Below the pieces are notes generated by a model. The model was not told the DNA's origin. It was given only the letters and a program-made list of their open reading frames with translations, and did no database searches. 64,000 nt of DNA from Takakia lepidozioides (taxonomy: Eukaryota > Plantae > Bryophyta), in NCBI GenBank assembly GCA_030704615.1, contig CM060732.1, positions 27,094,001-27,158,000 of the forward strand. Reading direction: 5' to 3'. How positions within the stretch are numbered: the stretch's first letter is position 1; the number at the start of each line of letters is the position of its first letter. Below, piece by piece: positions 48,748-61,200 of the stretch. The translations under genes were made by a program, and so were the position numbers.

Positions 48748-50685
48748 GTGATGAAAGAGAAGCTAGACTCCAGAGATATTGAGCAAAAAGAGAAAGTTAT
48801 CTGAAAGCTAATTATCCATATCTTTGGGAGAGAGGAATAGACATAGGGGAATCATCTGGACCTCTCACACCATTAAGATCAGAGAGTAAATCACCCATAC
48901 CGGAAGAACTAGAGTTGGATGCCACTCCTTCTTTTTCTTTGCAAGAAAGATTAAGGGAATTGGTACATGAAGAAGATCAATCACGAGGTGAAAGATATGA
49001 GGTACATCCCTGGATAAAAGATTTGACAGAAATCTTTGATAAGAGTTGGCATGGAACACCAAAAGCAGGAACTCCAGTTTCTGAAACGGAAGGTGAAGAA
49101 GGAGGAGAGGATGTGGCAGAGTCAACAGAGAGTTCAGACTCTCCAATACCATTACAGTTGAGTTACATGAGTGAAGAAGAAACCCAAGGGCAGAACTTGG
49201 AGGATGAAAACAGAGAGAAGAAATTGGAGCACTTGGATCACAGGCCAACGAAGGTGTCGGCTCAGGGGGATCAGGCGGCAGCCTGGATCTGGCTCTGGGG
49301 GGACAGAGAGTGTGGGAAGTAGTGCAACTGGAGCTGGGAATACTGTGAATATCGTGGGGCCAGTAGCAGGGAGTGCTCAGGGGCCACCACTGGGTGGAAG
49401 ATCCACCACAACTACAACAGGTCCTCAAGGACCAGCACCAGCAAGGGGGCCAGCATCTGTCAATGGGCAGAGGGTAGGGCCACAGATGGCGTTACAACCA
49501 ACACGGGCAAAACCACATTTTCCAATATATTCAGGAAAAGGGGATCCTGATGTACACATTAGCCAATTTGAGCACATGTGTATTGTGAACAATGAGAATG
49601 GCGAGGATGCCAAGATGAGATTGTTTCCTTGTTCACTTATCAAGAAAGCAAGTGAATGGTATGCAAGATTCCCTGATAATCATTTCCTAACCTGGAATGG
49701 CTTGAATACAACATTCCGAAATAGGTTTAGGACAAGTAAAACTGAGGATGAAGTGTATGGAAGTTTACAACAGTTAAAGCAAAAGAAGCATGAAACTGTT
49801 GAGGAGTATATGGAAAAAATGGAATTGATGATGAAAAAGCTGGCTGCTGTACCAGCACCAGGTTTACAGAAGACTTGGTTTGTGAGTGGACTAAGACCAG
49901 AGTTGCAGAAGAAAGTGGATATGTTACCCCATAATACAGTGGAGGAGGCATTTGAAACAGCAAACAGAATTGAGCAATTGGGAATGCTCAGGAGAGACAA
50001 AAGGGATGATGATGACTCTGAGGATGAGTCAGATGAGGAAGAAGAGCAAGAGCTGAAAAGGAAGAGTAAGAGGAAGGAGAAGTTGAAGAGGGATAACTAT
50101 GAGAAAAGATTAGAAGAAATCTTGAAGAAGTATGCCACAGAGGCTGCAACACATTGGAGGAAGGGTGTTTGGTGTGCAAAGTGCCAGAATGAAGGCCATA
50201 CCACCACTGAATGCCACATGAAGGAGAAACACTGTACTATATGTAAAATGGATAACCATTCTACTGAGAATTATTACTACAACAGAATGACAACAGCTAG
50301 AGAACCTAGGCAAGTAAGGGTGCATCAAGTGCAGCCCCAGCCAAGAAGAAACAGTGATCAGGACCACTATGGTAGGCCTGGTGGTTATAACAATGGCATG
50401 GAAGGGAGAGGTAATTCAAGAGGGAATTACCAAGGAAATTCCAGAGGCAACTATCAGGGTAATCCAAGGGGGAATTACCAGCCAGGGAATCAGGATTACA
50501 GAAATAATCCTAGAGCAGACCAAGGGCGAGGACCCAATGGTGAAGAACTGTGTTACTATTGTAATCAGGCAGGACATCGCAAAGCAGCCTGTTCATTTTG
50601 GATTAGACACCAGAATGAGATGAAAGCTCCTGTGAATGAGGGCCCAGTGGTGCAGCTCACATGGTTAGGCCATGTGTTGTACTAG
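48744..50685 (+). pseudogene. Family A gag (frameshifts in the 5' part)
   Basis: FPIYSGKGDPDVHI, LFPCSL..KASEWY; three CCHC-type knuckles. Confidence 0.88.
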
Positions 50686-53600
50686 AAGTAAGTACAATGA
50701 TAGTAACGAGAAGCAAAGCCAAACTAATACCTCCAGTAGTTGAGGAAGATGATGATAATGAAGATGACAGTGATGTGCCTGAAAATGATGAGGCTTGGAG
50801 AGATGAGAAGGAACTGCACAAGGAAGTGACAGATACCATAAGGGAAATGCAGAAGAGTACTGATATTCCTATGGTAGATTCCTCTGATTCTGATGGAGAA
50901 GAAGAAGTGAGTGAGGATGAAAGGAAAAAAGAAGCTGCAGACATGCAGAGTAATGAAGGGACTTTGGCTGAAGTAATATGCCAGACCAAAGCAGAGATTA
51001 CCATTGGACAGCTATTGGCTGTGGCACCTTATTGTAGACACAGGCTGTATCAAGCAATCAATCGAACTGCCCATGTGACAGGAAACACAGACCTGAACAG
51101 CAAGGTGACCAGTTATAATGTGAAGCCGGAAGGGCGAGAAACAGTCAGGGACTTTGATGATTCTATGCCAGTAATCCAATTGAGAATTGGAAGCACAGAA
51201 CTAACTGATGTACTGATAGATGGAGGCTCTGGAGTGAATATCATGACAGACCAATTAAGGCAGAAGCTTGGTCTAAGTAACATGAAACCAGCCCCATTTT
51301 ACAGTAACAATGGCAGATCAAAGAAGTGTACAACCATTGGGATTGATAAGAGGAGTTAATATACAGATTCAAAAGATGATCTTTATGATCACAATAACTG
51401 TGCTAAAAATGGATGAAGCCATGGAAGCTTACTCCTTATTGTTGGGACGTCCGTGGCTGAAACAGGCCAAGGTATTCCATGACTGGAATTCCCAGTTACT
51501 AACTGTGCATAATGGGATGCACAAGATACAAATTACCACAAAGAAATCTAGTAGATTACCTGCTACGAGAAGACCTCGAGGGGTCAGGGAGTATGACTGG
51601 AGGGGAGGACTGGATGAGGAGCAGGAAGCTACCCTGTTCGCTGTACACCCAGAGTGGGAGCAGGTTGCAGAGATGCAGCTGGAAGGCCTAAGTTGTTTAA
51701 AAGGTATCTGCTGTGGTGTAGTGACAACAACACCAATTGAAGGTGAAATAAGCAGCTACCCACCACATTTCTATGAAGAAAGAGAAGGAGAAGTGGAAAT
51801 CCTAGAAGAACCAGCCACTATGAGTTTACAGGATGAAGTGGTGACTGGTTGGACAATCACAGCTGATGAGCAGGTGAGGGAAGTGAAGTGTGAACTGGGA
51901 ACTGAAGGAGGAACCGAGGATGGTGAAGGTAGGGGCTGATTTGGAGCCAGAATTCTTTGAGGAAGCTAAGAGTTTGTTCATCAAATACAAAGATGTATTT
52001 GCTTGGAGCTACGAGGATCTAAAAGGGATACCACCTGAGATCTGTCAGCATAAGATTGAATTGGAACCAGGGTCAGTACCAATCCAACAGGCAAGGTACA
52101 GAATGAATCCCAACTATGCACAGAAGGTTGGAGAAGAGATCAAAAAGTTGGCTGAGGCTAAGTTTATATACCCGATAGAGTATACAACTTGGTTGTCACC
52201 CATTGTGATAGTTCCCAAGAAGAATGGTAAACTGAGAGTTTGTGTGAACTATAAGAAGTTGAATGCTTGCACGAAGAAAGATCCATTTCCTTTGCCATTC
52301 ATAGAAGCGGTATTGGACACTATGGCAGGCCATGAGATGTACTCATTCATGGATGACTTCAGTGGTTATAATCAAGTGCAAGTGGCAGAAGAAGACCAGA
52401 GAAAGACAGCTTTCATCACAGACTGGGGTGCTTATGCATACAAAGTCATGCCTTTTGGACTTTGTAATGCACCAGCAACCTTTCAGAGAGTGATAAATGA
52501 ATCTTTTCATGAGTATCTGGATGATTTCATGCAGGTGTTCTTGGATGATTTCAGTGTGTACAGCTCAAAGAATGAGCACTTGCATAAATTGGAGTTATGT
52601 TTGGCCAGATGCAGGATGAGAGGTCTGGGCCTGAATCCAGAGAAGTGTATTTTCTGTGTGAACTCAGAGGTGCTTTTGGGACACATCGTGTGTAAGAGGG
52701 GACTTCTTGTGGATCCCATGAAGACAGAGGCCATTAAAGCCTCTCCACCACCAGTAAATGTTAAAAGTCTAAGGAGATTCCTTGGACAAACCAGTTATTA
52801 CAGAAGATTTGTCAAAAGGTATGCACAGATATCAACACCATTGAGCAAACTTCTGAAGAAAGATACAGTGTTTGCATGGACAGCTGAATGTCAACAGGCT
52901 TTTGAGGAACTTACATTGTCAGTAACAACTACACCTGTCCTGATTAACCCTCACTGGCATGTAGTATTTCATGTTCACTGTGATGCCTCAGGAGAAGCGT
53001 TGGGAGCGGTGTTAGCCCAAAATGTTACAGGAAATATAGATTCATCTGTGTACTATGCTAGCAGGTTGATGAACAGTGCTGAAAGGAACTATAGCACAAC
53101 TGAAAGAGAAGCACTGGCAATGATTTATGCAGTCAAGAAATTCAGGCATTACCTATTGGGAAGAAAGTTTATGTTTTATGTGGATCACTAGGCTCTGATA
53201 TATCTGGTGAACAAACCTTTGATAAGTGGAAGGATAGCGAGGTGGTTAATAATCTTGCACGAGTTTGAGTTCGAAGTTGTTTACAAGCCTGGCCGTTTGC
53301 ATCTTGTGGCAGATCATTTGTCACGCCTAACAACAGGAGAGCCCGCCACAGGAGTAGACGACCAATTACCTGATGCGAGTTTATTTGCAATGGAGGTGCA
53401 AGGAAGTGTAGATGAATGGTTAGATTGGCAGTGGCCAATCAGATACTACCTTACTCATGGTCAGTGCCCACCTAGTTATGGTAAGGAGCAGAGGAAGAGA
53501 ATCGCTATCAAGGCTTTACCTTATACTATGGTAGGGGGCAGAATGTATAAGCTAGGACCTGATGGAGTACTTAAACGATGCTTGTACCACCATGAAGTAA

Positions 53601-53710
53601 ATAAAGTTTTGGAGGAAGTTCATAAAGGAGTGGCTGGAGGTCATTTTGGAGAAGAGACTACCAGTAGGAAGATACTACTTGCAGGTTACTGGTGGCCTAC
53701 TTTGTTCAAA
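50661..53710 (+). pseudogene. Family A pol (protease, RT, RNase H, integrase zinc finger), Athila-like
   Basis: LIDGGSGVN; FSGYNQV, MPFGLCNAPATFQR, FLDDF; HCDASG, ERNYSTTEREALA; GGHFG..RKILLAGYWWPT. Confidence 0.92.
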
Positions 53711-54624
53711 GAATTTGAGGCAGCTAATGAAGACATGGAAAGGTAGAACAACCGAGGGTCCAGTGCCAACAAGTACTGCAATGATTCCAACAGCGGATAG
53801 AGTACTCAAATGTTAATTTCCTATGAGAAAGGGTTCGTAAGGTACATTGCATTTCTCAATCCATCCAAGTGTTGCGTGCCGCTTGATTTTCACAAGCGAT
53901 GCTTTCTTTACAGGGATAACTACAGGTATTCCAGGTGAACTCATGTTTCTATACTCGTCGAGAATAGTCCTGCGACAACTACCAAATGAAAATAATGTAA
54001 TCGATATAATGAAAATGATGATATTATCCAGCTCCATTTCCAATTAAATTTTAGTTCCATAAGAGTTCCATAAGTGATTCTTTTGTAGAGACGAAAGCAA
54101 GACAAGCAGCGAAAATAGTTGCCCTCACTTACCTTTTTGCTTTTATGTGATGTTTGGAGGTGATGCTAAATGTGAAAGTCCCAATCCAACTCTGTTACTT
54201 TTTGTTCAATTGGGTTTTTCCTCTCTTCACTTTCAGTGATTATCTCCACCACTGCTGAAGGTGATGTACTCGATATGGGGCACCATGATGGGGAGGATTT
54301 ACTGTCCCTGAAACCTGTCTCAATTGTGAAAATTTGTCAGTTTCTAGCATATCACAACAAGTACAATGGATCTTCCCCACCTTGTAACAGTGTCTTCTGT
54401 CTATAATGCTGATTTCTTATCAACTCCAGATTTCATCTTTGAGTGGCTCATTTGTATCCTTGACTTTCAATTATCCTTTTAGCTGGTCCAATCATGAATT
54501 ATGCATGATGTCTAGCTAGCATGAGTGAAGATCTGTAGGCTTCTGCAAATCATGTCGTGCATTGTGTGCACCTTGCAGTGCTTCTCTCACAAGTCATGGG
54601 TTTATAGCATGTTTGGTGCATAGG

Positions 54625-56406
54625 TATGTACAGGGCATTTCTGTGACCAAAGATTTGGTGGTGGCTGATTGATGCCGGGTCTACAATGGGCCAAACTTTA
54701 GCAGTAGACTTCTTGCACCCGGGTACATACTTCGGAATGGTTCAGAACGTCACACTGGAGATCCTCCAAACGATGTCCACAGGAGATTATGTCAATGTTG
54801 TTACTTTCAACAGTTCTGGAGCTAGCCTGTTGGCTGATGCAGCGGTACGTTTCTGGTGTTCTGCTCTTGAGAACATCATTGTAAGAAATTTGAAGGTTTT
54901 GATGGCTAGGGCAACAATTGGGCGCCAATCTGTATCCAATCAACAGGGAGGATCAAACCTAACTGCAGGACTAAATCAATCATTTGAATACGTCATGAAA
55001 AATCAGTCTCTGAAGATTATTGTGGTCTTGACTGATGGGCAAATTGCTACCTCCAGCAACATAACACTGCCGAGTGATCTCATGAGTAACCTCACTTCAT
55101 CTAAAGGCAAGGTGTTCCTTTTTAAGATGCCACAAGCAGATGACAATGGCTCCGATCAAATTCTCTCCAATCTCATCAATATTAGTTGTTCGAGATAATT
55201 ACAACAATCCATTGTATGCAATCAGATCTTATTATTCATATCTGGCTGTTACCCACGTTGCCCAGGTAAACAACGAGCCGTACTGGATTGGTCCGTATCA
55301 AGATTATGATCCAACTGGCTGAGTGATTACTGTCACTTACATAGGTATTACTTTTTTTGTCAACACATTGCAAAGACCCTTGTTTGGTGCCTCCTATTAC
55401 CTTAAAATGAGGGAGAGATTTTATTGTTATTACATATAGACTTCCCTGTTGTTTGACATTCCAGATACAGTATCTGAGTTGCTTTTGTGTGTTAGTTTCT
55501 GCAGTTGGTGCATGCATTGTGTCTAATCTTTTTGCATTCAGGAGCTTCTTGTCTTAAACTGCATTGCAATGTCAAATCAACCCTTCAGTTCATTGTAGGA
55601 GATTCTTTCGCCAATGGTTGACACCTATTCAATTTCTTGTGATGGTGGCATACTTGCCATGTTCTTGTGTTTTGAAACCACAGCTTGGAGCTGATGGGGA
55701 GCTGCTCGGGGTAGCGGTATCAATGTGCTTATAGACAAGCTAGGGAACCTCACCGATTTGGTCCAGAATGCGCTAGGTGGAAAGCACACTGCCGGTACAC
55801 TATTATGTCAAATCGCAGTAAGTGATGAGATTTGGTCTAATTGCTGATGATAGTCTGAAGTGGTCTATCTGACACCCCAGGCCCCTGATATACCAGGTGC
55901 TCAAGCCAGATTACAGCATTAATGTTGTGTCAACATGCACACAAGCTAGATGTTTAATGATGTGTGGGTTCTGATATTTAGTGAGTTGTTGTTATCATAG
56001 AATGATGACTGTATGTGTTCGTGCACAGACTGGAAGCAACATCAGCGAACAGTGCAGTACATAGAACTTGGGAGGACTTTGCCCACGAACAGACTTTAAA
56101 AGCAGCTTCAAGGACCTTGTCTGCTGCGCGACGTGCCACAAGGCCCCAGCCTCCAACACTTCACGTCTAAAACATATTTTTACTACCGTTGGGAGTGTAG
56201 CTGCGGGTCTCCTGGGAGTTGGGATAGTCATTGCACTAGGACTTTACTGTGACTTCTGCCCCAACTGTGAATCAGGTCCTGACAGCTCAATCCATGGAGT
56301 TAATGACCGAAATGAGCACAATATTGATCCTCCCAGACCCCCCCAACAATCAACAGTGCATGATGTGATTTCTCCATGTGAAGAGCTAGTTTGTTTTGGT
56401 AGTTGA
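54625..56406 (+). pseudogene. vWA plus Cache-like single-pass membrane protein (alpha2delta/CACHD1-like), disrupted
   Basis: KDLVV-LIDAGSTMG, DYVNVVTFN, NLTAGL, IVVLTDG (vWA); YYSYLA..PYWIGPYQD (Cache-like); C-terminal TM VAAGLLGVGIVIALGLY; frameshifts and an in-frame stop. Confidence 0.65.
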
Positions 56407-58247
56407 AGCACGCCCACCCTGCAGGTGTTAAACCACCGTTGTTGCCATCTCTCTACAGATTATTATTAATATATAGAAGTTGCCATCATTCAACCATGTT
56501 AGACTTCTTACATTCTGGACAGAGCCAGCATACTGAAATCTGCCGAGCTGGTGATGACCGTTATGTAGCTCTGATGCGACCTGTTTGGGAATCGGGTTCA
56601 CAGCATTTGCTGTGCAATTGTATAGGTGATCTTTGAAAGTTTCCTTCAGTCTATGGTCTGATGAGGGTGGGGCTCTATTTGGCTGGACATCTCCTTCCGT
56701 CCCTCAACTTTGCCTTCCTTACTTGAAGGATTGCATGTGTCTTATACAAGTGGATAAATTGGGAGCATATGGAGGATATGGGACCTTGTTCTTCGCCGGG
56801 TACCGTCAAACGAAAGCTTCTGTGAGGTTTTGCTTTTGGGACACGCCCAAGGCTCGCATTATCGCTTGCTGTTCGTTCTGTCCGAAGTGGACTCCTCTCT
56901 ATTGAGCGGAATGTGGCCGCTCAAGAGCTCGAGAACCCAACTCAATGGAGAACAAGAACCCAATAGAGAACAAGAACAACTTTGGAACTCCACATGAGCC
57001 ACATAAGTGCAGAAGATGCTCACAAGTGTGTACCGACTAAGTAGTGCAATTAATCGGTTGGTCACCACCGAGGCAAATACAGCTTGCCTGGAGAAGACCC
57101 CATCATGCGCGAAAATTCACTCTGGGATGGAGACCAGCTCTCTTCTCATCACAATACCGTGGGGTTGCTTGCTTCCTAAACCTGTTGTAAAACCTTCAAC
57201 CACGGACAGGTATGCCAGTATATATGTACTCGGACATAATTTTTCTTTGCTCACCCTCACTAATAAGATTCTGCCACACTTAAAAGCCTGACACACACGG
57301 TGCCGTGTACGCAGCTCTGTACTACGCCACCATCATCATCCTCACAATCTCGAGTTAATAATGATCCTACTTGTTGCTGTCCCCAAGCGAACTCTTTGCT
57401 GGTCCGATGGATCATGGGGCGGTCAGACTCTAATCCACAACCGAGACAGCTCTTCACGCCTCATCTCAATCCCCACGCAAGAAAATAGGCCAACGCAGGA
57501 CCCAAAGTGAAAGAAGAGTGCAGCCGTTCAACAACTGTGAACGATGCACACACACCACACTCCGTCCTTGCAACAATTCAAATTTATATTTGAACCGGCA
57601 TGTGCCCACCACGCTGCTCTCACCGCCAGTTACCGCCACGTGCGGGTGGCGGGTATCCCGTTCCCACGCCGGATAGATGAGTATGCTGGCAGGATTTACT
57701 ATTTACCCTCATATTTGGTGGGGTAACAAAAGTAAGGGTTGCTCGTCCCTCTGTCTCGCACCTTTCTTCTGCGAGTCTTCGTCCTCTTCGTCTCCTCTCT
57801 CTGTTGTGTTGTTGTCTGTTGTCCCTGCACACAATCGCTGCATGTTCGCGGCTGGCCCTGTGCAGATCTGCCTCTCTGTGCTGCTGAATGCGTGTGTGGC
57901 CATGCCTTGCTCCACAATCATCTATCCATCATCGCACTGTGCTGGTCAACCCTCGCATCTCCTCCGCGTCCCACCGCGGCCCCCGCAGTGTAACGTTCCA
58001 AGGTGAATATCTCGCTTATGATGCATCTGAGCAGGCGCTGATTAGTTTCGGTCGTAATTGAGCAGCGGGGAGGGGTTTGCATCCGTGGAGTTCAAATGTC
58101 CTTGCTTTTTTGTCAGTGTTTTGCTGGATGATAATTGCGCGCCCTTCCCTTGCGTCTCAGTGATGTGAAGGGGCAGTAGTCATGGGCTGGCGGCGAGGGG
58201 GCGACGAGGGAGAGATGAAGCAGAGGGACAGAGGAAGAGGTTGAGCA

Positions 58248-61200
58248 ATGAGTGTTGTCGTTGACACCGCCGCCTCCGCTGCAATGAGTGCTTCCCATCA
58301 AAAGCTTCCTGCCAGGTACTCTTCACGTATGATACAGTCACAGTGAAGGAAAGAACGAATGTGTTTGAATGTCCATCAAGGTTTTAGGCTACTGCACCAC
58401 TCTTCGAATTGTTTTTTGCAACAGAGAGCTTAGTAGAGAGATTGTCAGGGAGAGACGGAACGCCGGGAAACACAAATGTCAAGGTGATAAGTTCGAAGTT
58501 AGAGTTGAAGGTATAAGATGTAGGCATTGTTCGTGCGTATCGGCAATGCGCTCTGTCAATGCTGGGTTTGAAAGCTTGGCTATGCATATGTTGTCAGACT
58601 GCACTAGATGTGAGCTTCTCATGAGTGGTTGGTACTACACTCATGGCATACGTGCAGAGCACGCCCTCTTCCACTAACTTTGTGCCACTCTCTGAAAAGC
58701 TTTGCGTTTGCCTCGCAAGTTTCAACCATCATTTCGCACTGTGTCAGAGCTACGGGGTGTTCATTTAACAGAGATGGTGAATTGGAATGCAGATTCAACA
58801 GCATTATGCATCTGCTGCAGCTTGACCTGCCTACCATTTAGGAAGACATCCCTCCCAAAAAGTACACTAAAATAAGGCATTGCTATGGTTCAGTCTAATT
58901 GGCATGGGTAATCCTCTTTAAGCAAGCACAAGGGTTTGCCAAGCTGTGACAAGTGTATACTTCTGAGTCATTCTGAAAGTGAGGCAGCCACTACTCCTGA
59001 GGTTCACTTGGTTTTGTCTTCTTTGGTGTTTTCCTTTAGAACCCTTTCGTAATATGGCACCAGACTGTTTCGTGGAGAACTCCTACCCAGTGGACAAAAA
59101 ATCATTTGTTTTCCAATATGAATAAATGCAGGACATTCCTCACGATAGGGCTTTACTCAGCTTCTCACAATTACGGACTAGAGGGTGCATTCCTTGTAGT
59201 CCAGAGGATAAAAGTTGGTGTCTCATTGTGATCCTGTGTTTAGAGTCTGAGGTGCTAGAGGTTCAATTGTGTGGGTACAGCAACATTGCTTGTCGATACT
59301 GGGCGACATCAGGGACATGCTTTTTCGGCGACCAGTGCAATTTCGCTCACAATATCACAGATAGGGCTGCATCTGGAAGAGCTGGTGTGTAGCCTCCCAA
59401 CCATCCTGTGTGTATATTCTACTAAAGAAGTAAAGAAAGCTAGCAGCCTGTTTCATGTTGTCATAGTCTGGTCTCACTGTTCTTCCTGAGGGACCTTGTA
59501 TTAGTTCATTGGCTAGCCTTGTGCCAGTCTTATAGAATATGATAAAACCTGAAAGATTCAAGCAGTCCAAGCTTGAGTGCAAAACAGTGGTGAGGCAGAG
59601 CAGAAGAATAGGGTTAGGGTTTTACCTTATTGCAATTGTGAGCTCTATGAATTTGTGCAGTGCCCAAGCGAGAGAAAGCCTGCAAGGAACTGCTGCTAAC
59701 TGGTTATTGCAAGGTGAGGTTATGTTCCTCTTGTGCCGACTTTTGAGCCTGAGCCTTTGCATTTACTGTCTATGCCACGGACCTGCATAGGTATGGAGTT
59801 TCAGGGGTTGTTTGGGTATCTTATTGGTTCCAGACATTAGTCAATTGGAAATCCAGGTATGTGTGTCAGTGGTGGTTCAAGATGAGAGGGCAGTGTATGT
59901 TGTTGATGAAGGGTATGGATCCTTGTTTTAATCTAAGAGTATGTGAGCTTACGCTTGAATCCGGGTGAGGAAGCTCATTGAAGGGGTGTGCAGCTATGCT
60001 ACATCTGGTTATCTTAGTCTTGTAAGCTTTCACTCTGTGGTTTCTGCCCTCGGTGGTTTGAGGTGGTGGTGAAGGCAAAAATGTGATTTGACACGTGATT
60101 TTGCAGAATGAGAACAATGGTTGTGAGTACAACCATGACATTCCTGGGGTGACTCGCTCTGGGTGAGCATCCTTCTTTCTTCTCTTCCATCTGTTGCCCC
60201 CATGTGATACCCATGTCTTATAAGTAGAGGTGATTTCATCACAATACCCAGATGTAGTACGAATTGCATTCCGCTATAATTGGATTTTCAAGTCACTTCA
60301 GAGGTGTCAAGGTCAAAGGCTGGATCCTAGGATTCTGAAGTCAGATTTTCTTTGCCTGATTATTGCGTCTGTTCGCCATTCACCAATAGACTTCATCTGG
60401 AGCATGGACTATGCTCTATTTGGTATTTTTTACGAAGTAAGCAACAGAACCTTGTTGCAAGCAGGTGGTATGATGAATACCAAGACTTGCCAATATGGGG
60501 ATGGTTTTACTATGACTGGTAGGTAGAGAGGAGTTCTTGTTTCACCATTCGGGATAGATTGACAGCCAGCCGTATTATCAAAGAATGCTGATATCCTTGA
60601 ATAGGGGTTTGATAATCCAGTATTCTCAACTTTTTCTACAAATTGCCAGAGATGCTGCATAATTTGGTGGTTTGGAAGGTGCCCTTGAGCTCTTACAAAT
60701 AGGGCTTTGGCTTGTTTAACACTTTGATTCACAAGTGGCAAGGAACAGAAGTTTGCTCAGCATTGGCTGAAGTGTTTTTTGCTCTTTTTTGAAATATCGA
60801 AGGCCACCTTCTACTTCATCAACAGCTGCTAGTGCTGCATCGAGCCCAGCAGCGCCGTCATCCTGGACTTCTGCGGCAAACCGAGTGGTTACGACTGCTT
60901 CACTTTCTCCTGGCACAGCTGGTAAATACACTCTCTAACCTAACATGGTAATAGTCTGAGAATGGTTTGTCCGAGTTTGCACAAGGTAAGTGAGTCAAGG
61001 GAGCAGGGGTGGTGTGTGTTTGAGCTAGGTTGGCTGTTCATTTCTTTACTAGCTTATTTTTGTAATTTCGGTTTGGCAAAAGATGCAGTCACACATTTGC
61101 ACTTGTGGGCCACCTCCTCACATAGCAAGGAGATTTGCCTTGGGGGTTTACATTTCTGCAGTCTAATTCTTTTCTCTGTCAATGCAAACAATTGGCCTTC

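Larger units (their letters stand above)
47092..53710 (+). mobile_element. Family A copy A3 (5' LTR, PBS, ORF0, gag, pol), truncated within integrase
   Basis: LTR TGTTAGAG(47092)...CTCGACA(48135); PBS 48138-48155; complete AP-RT-RH. Confidence 0.92.
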
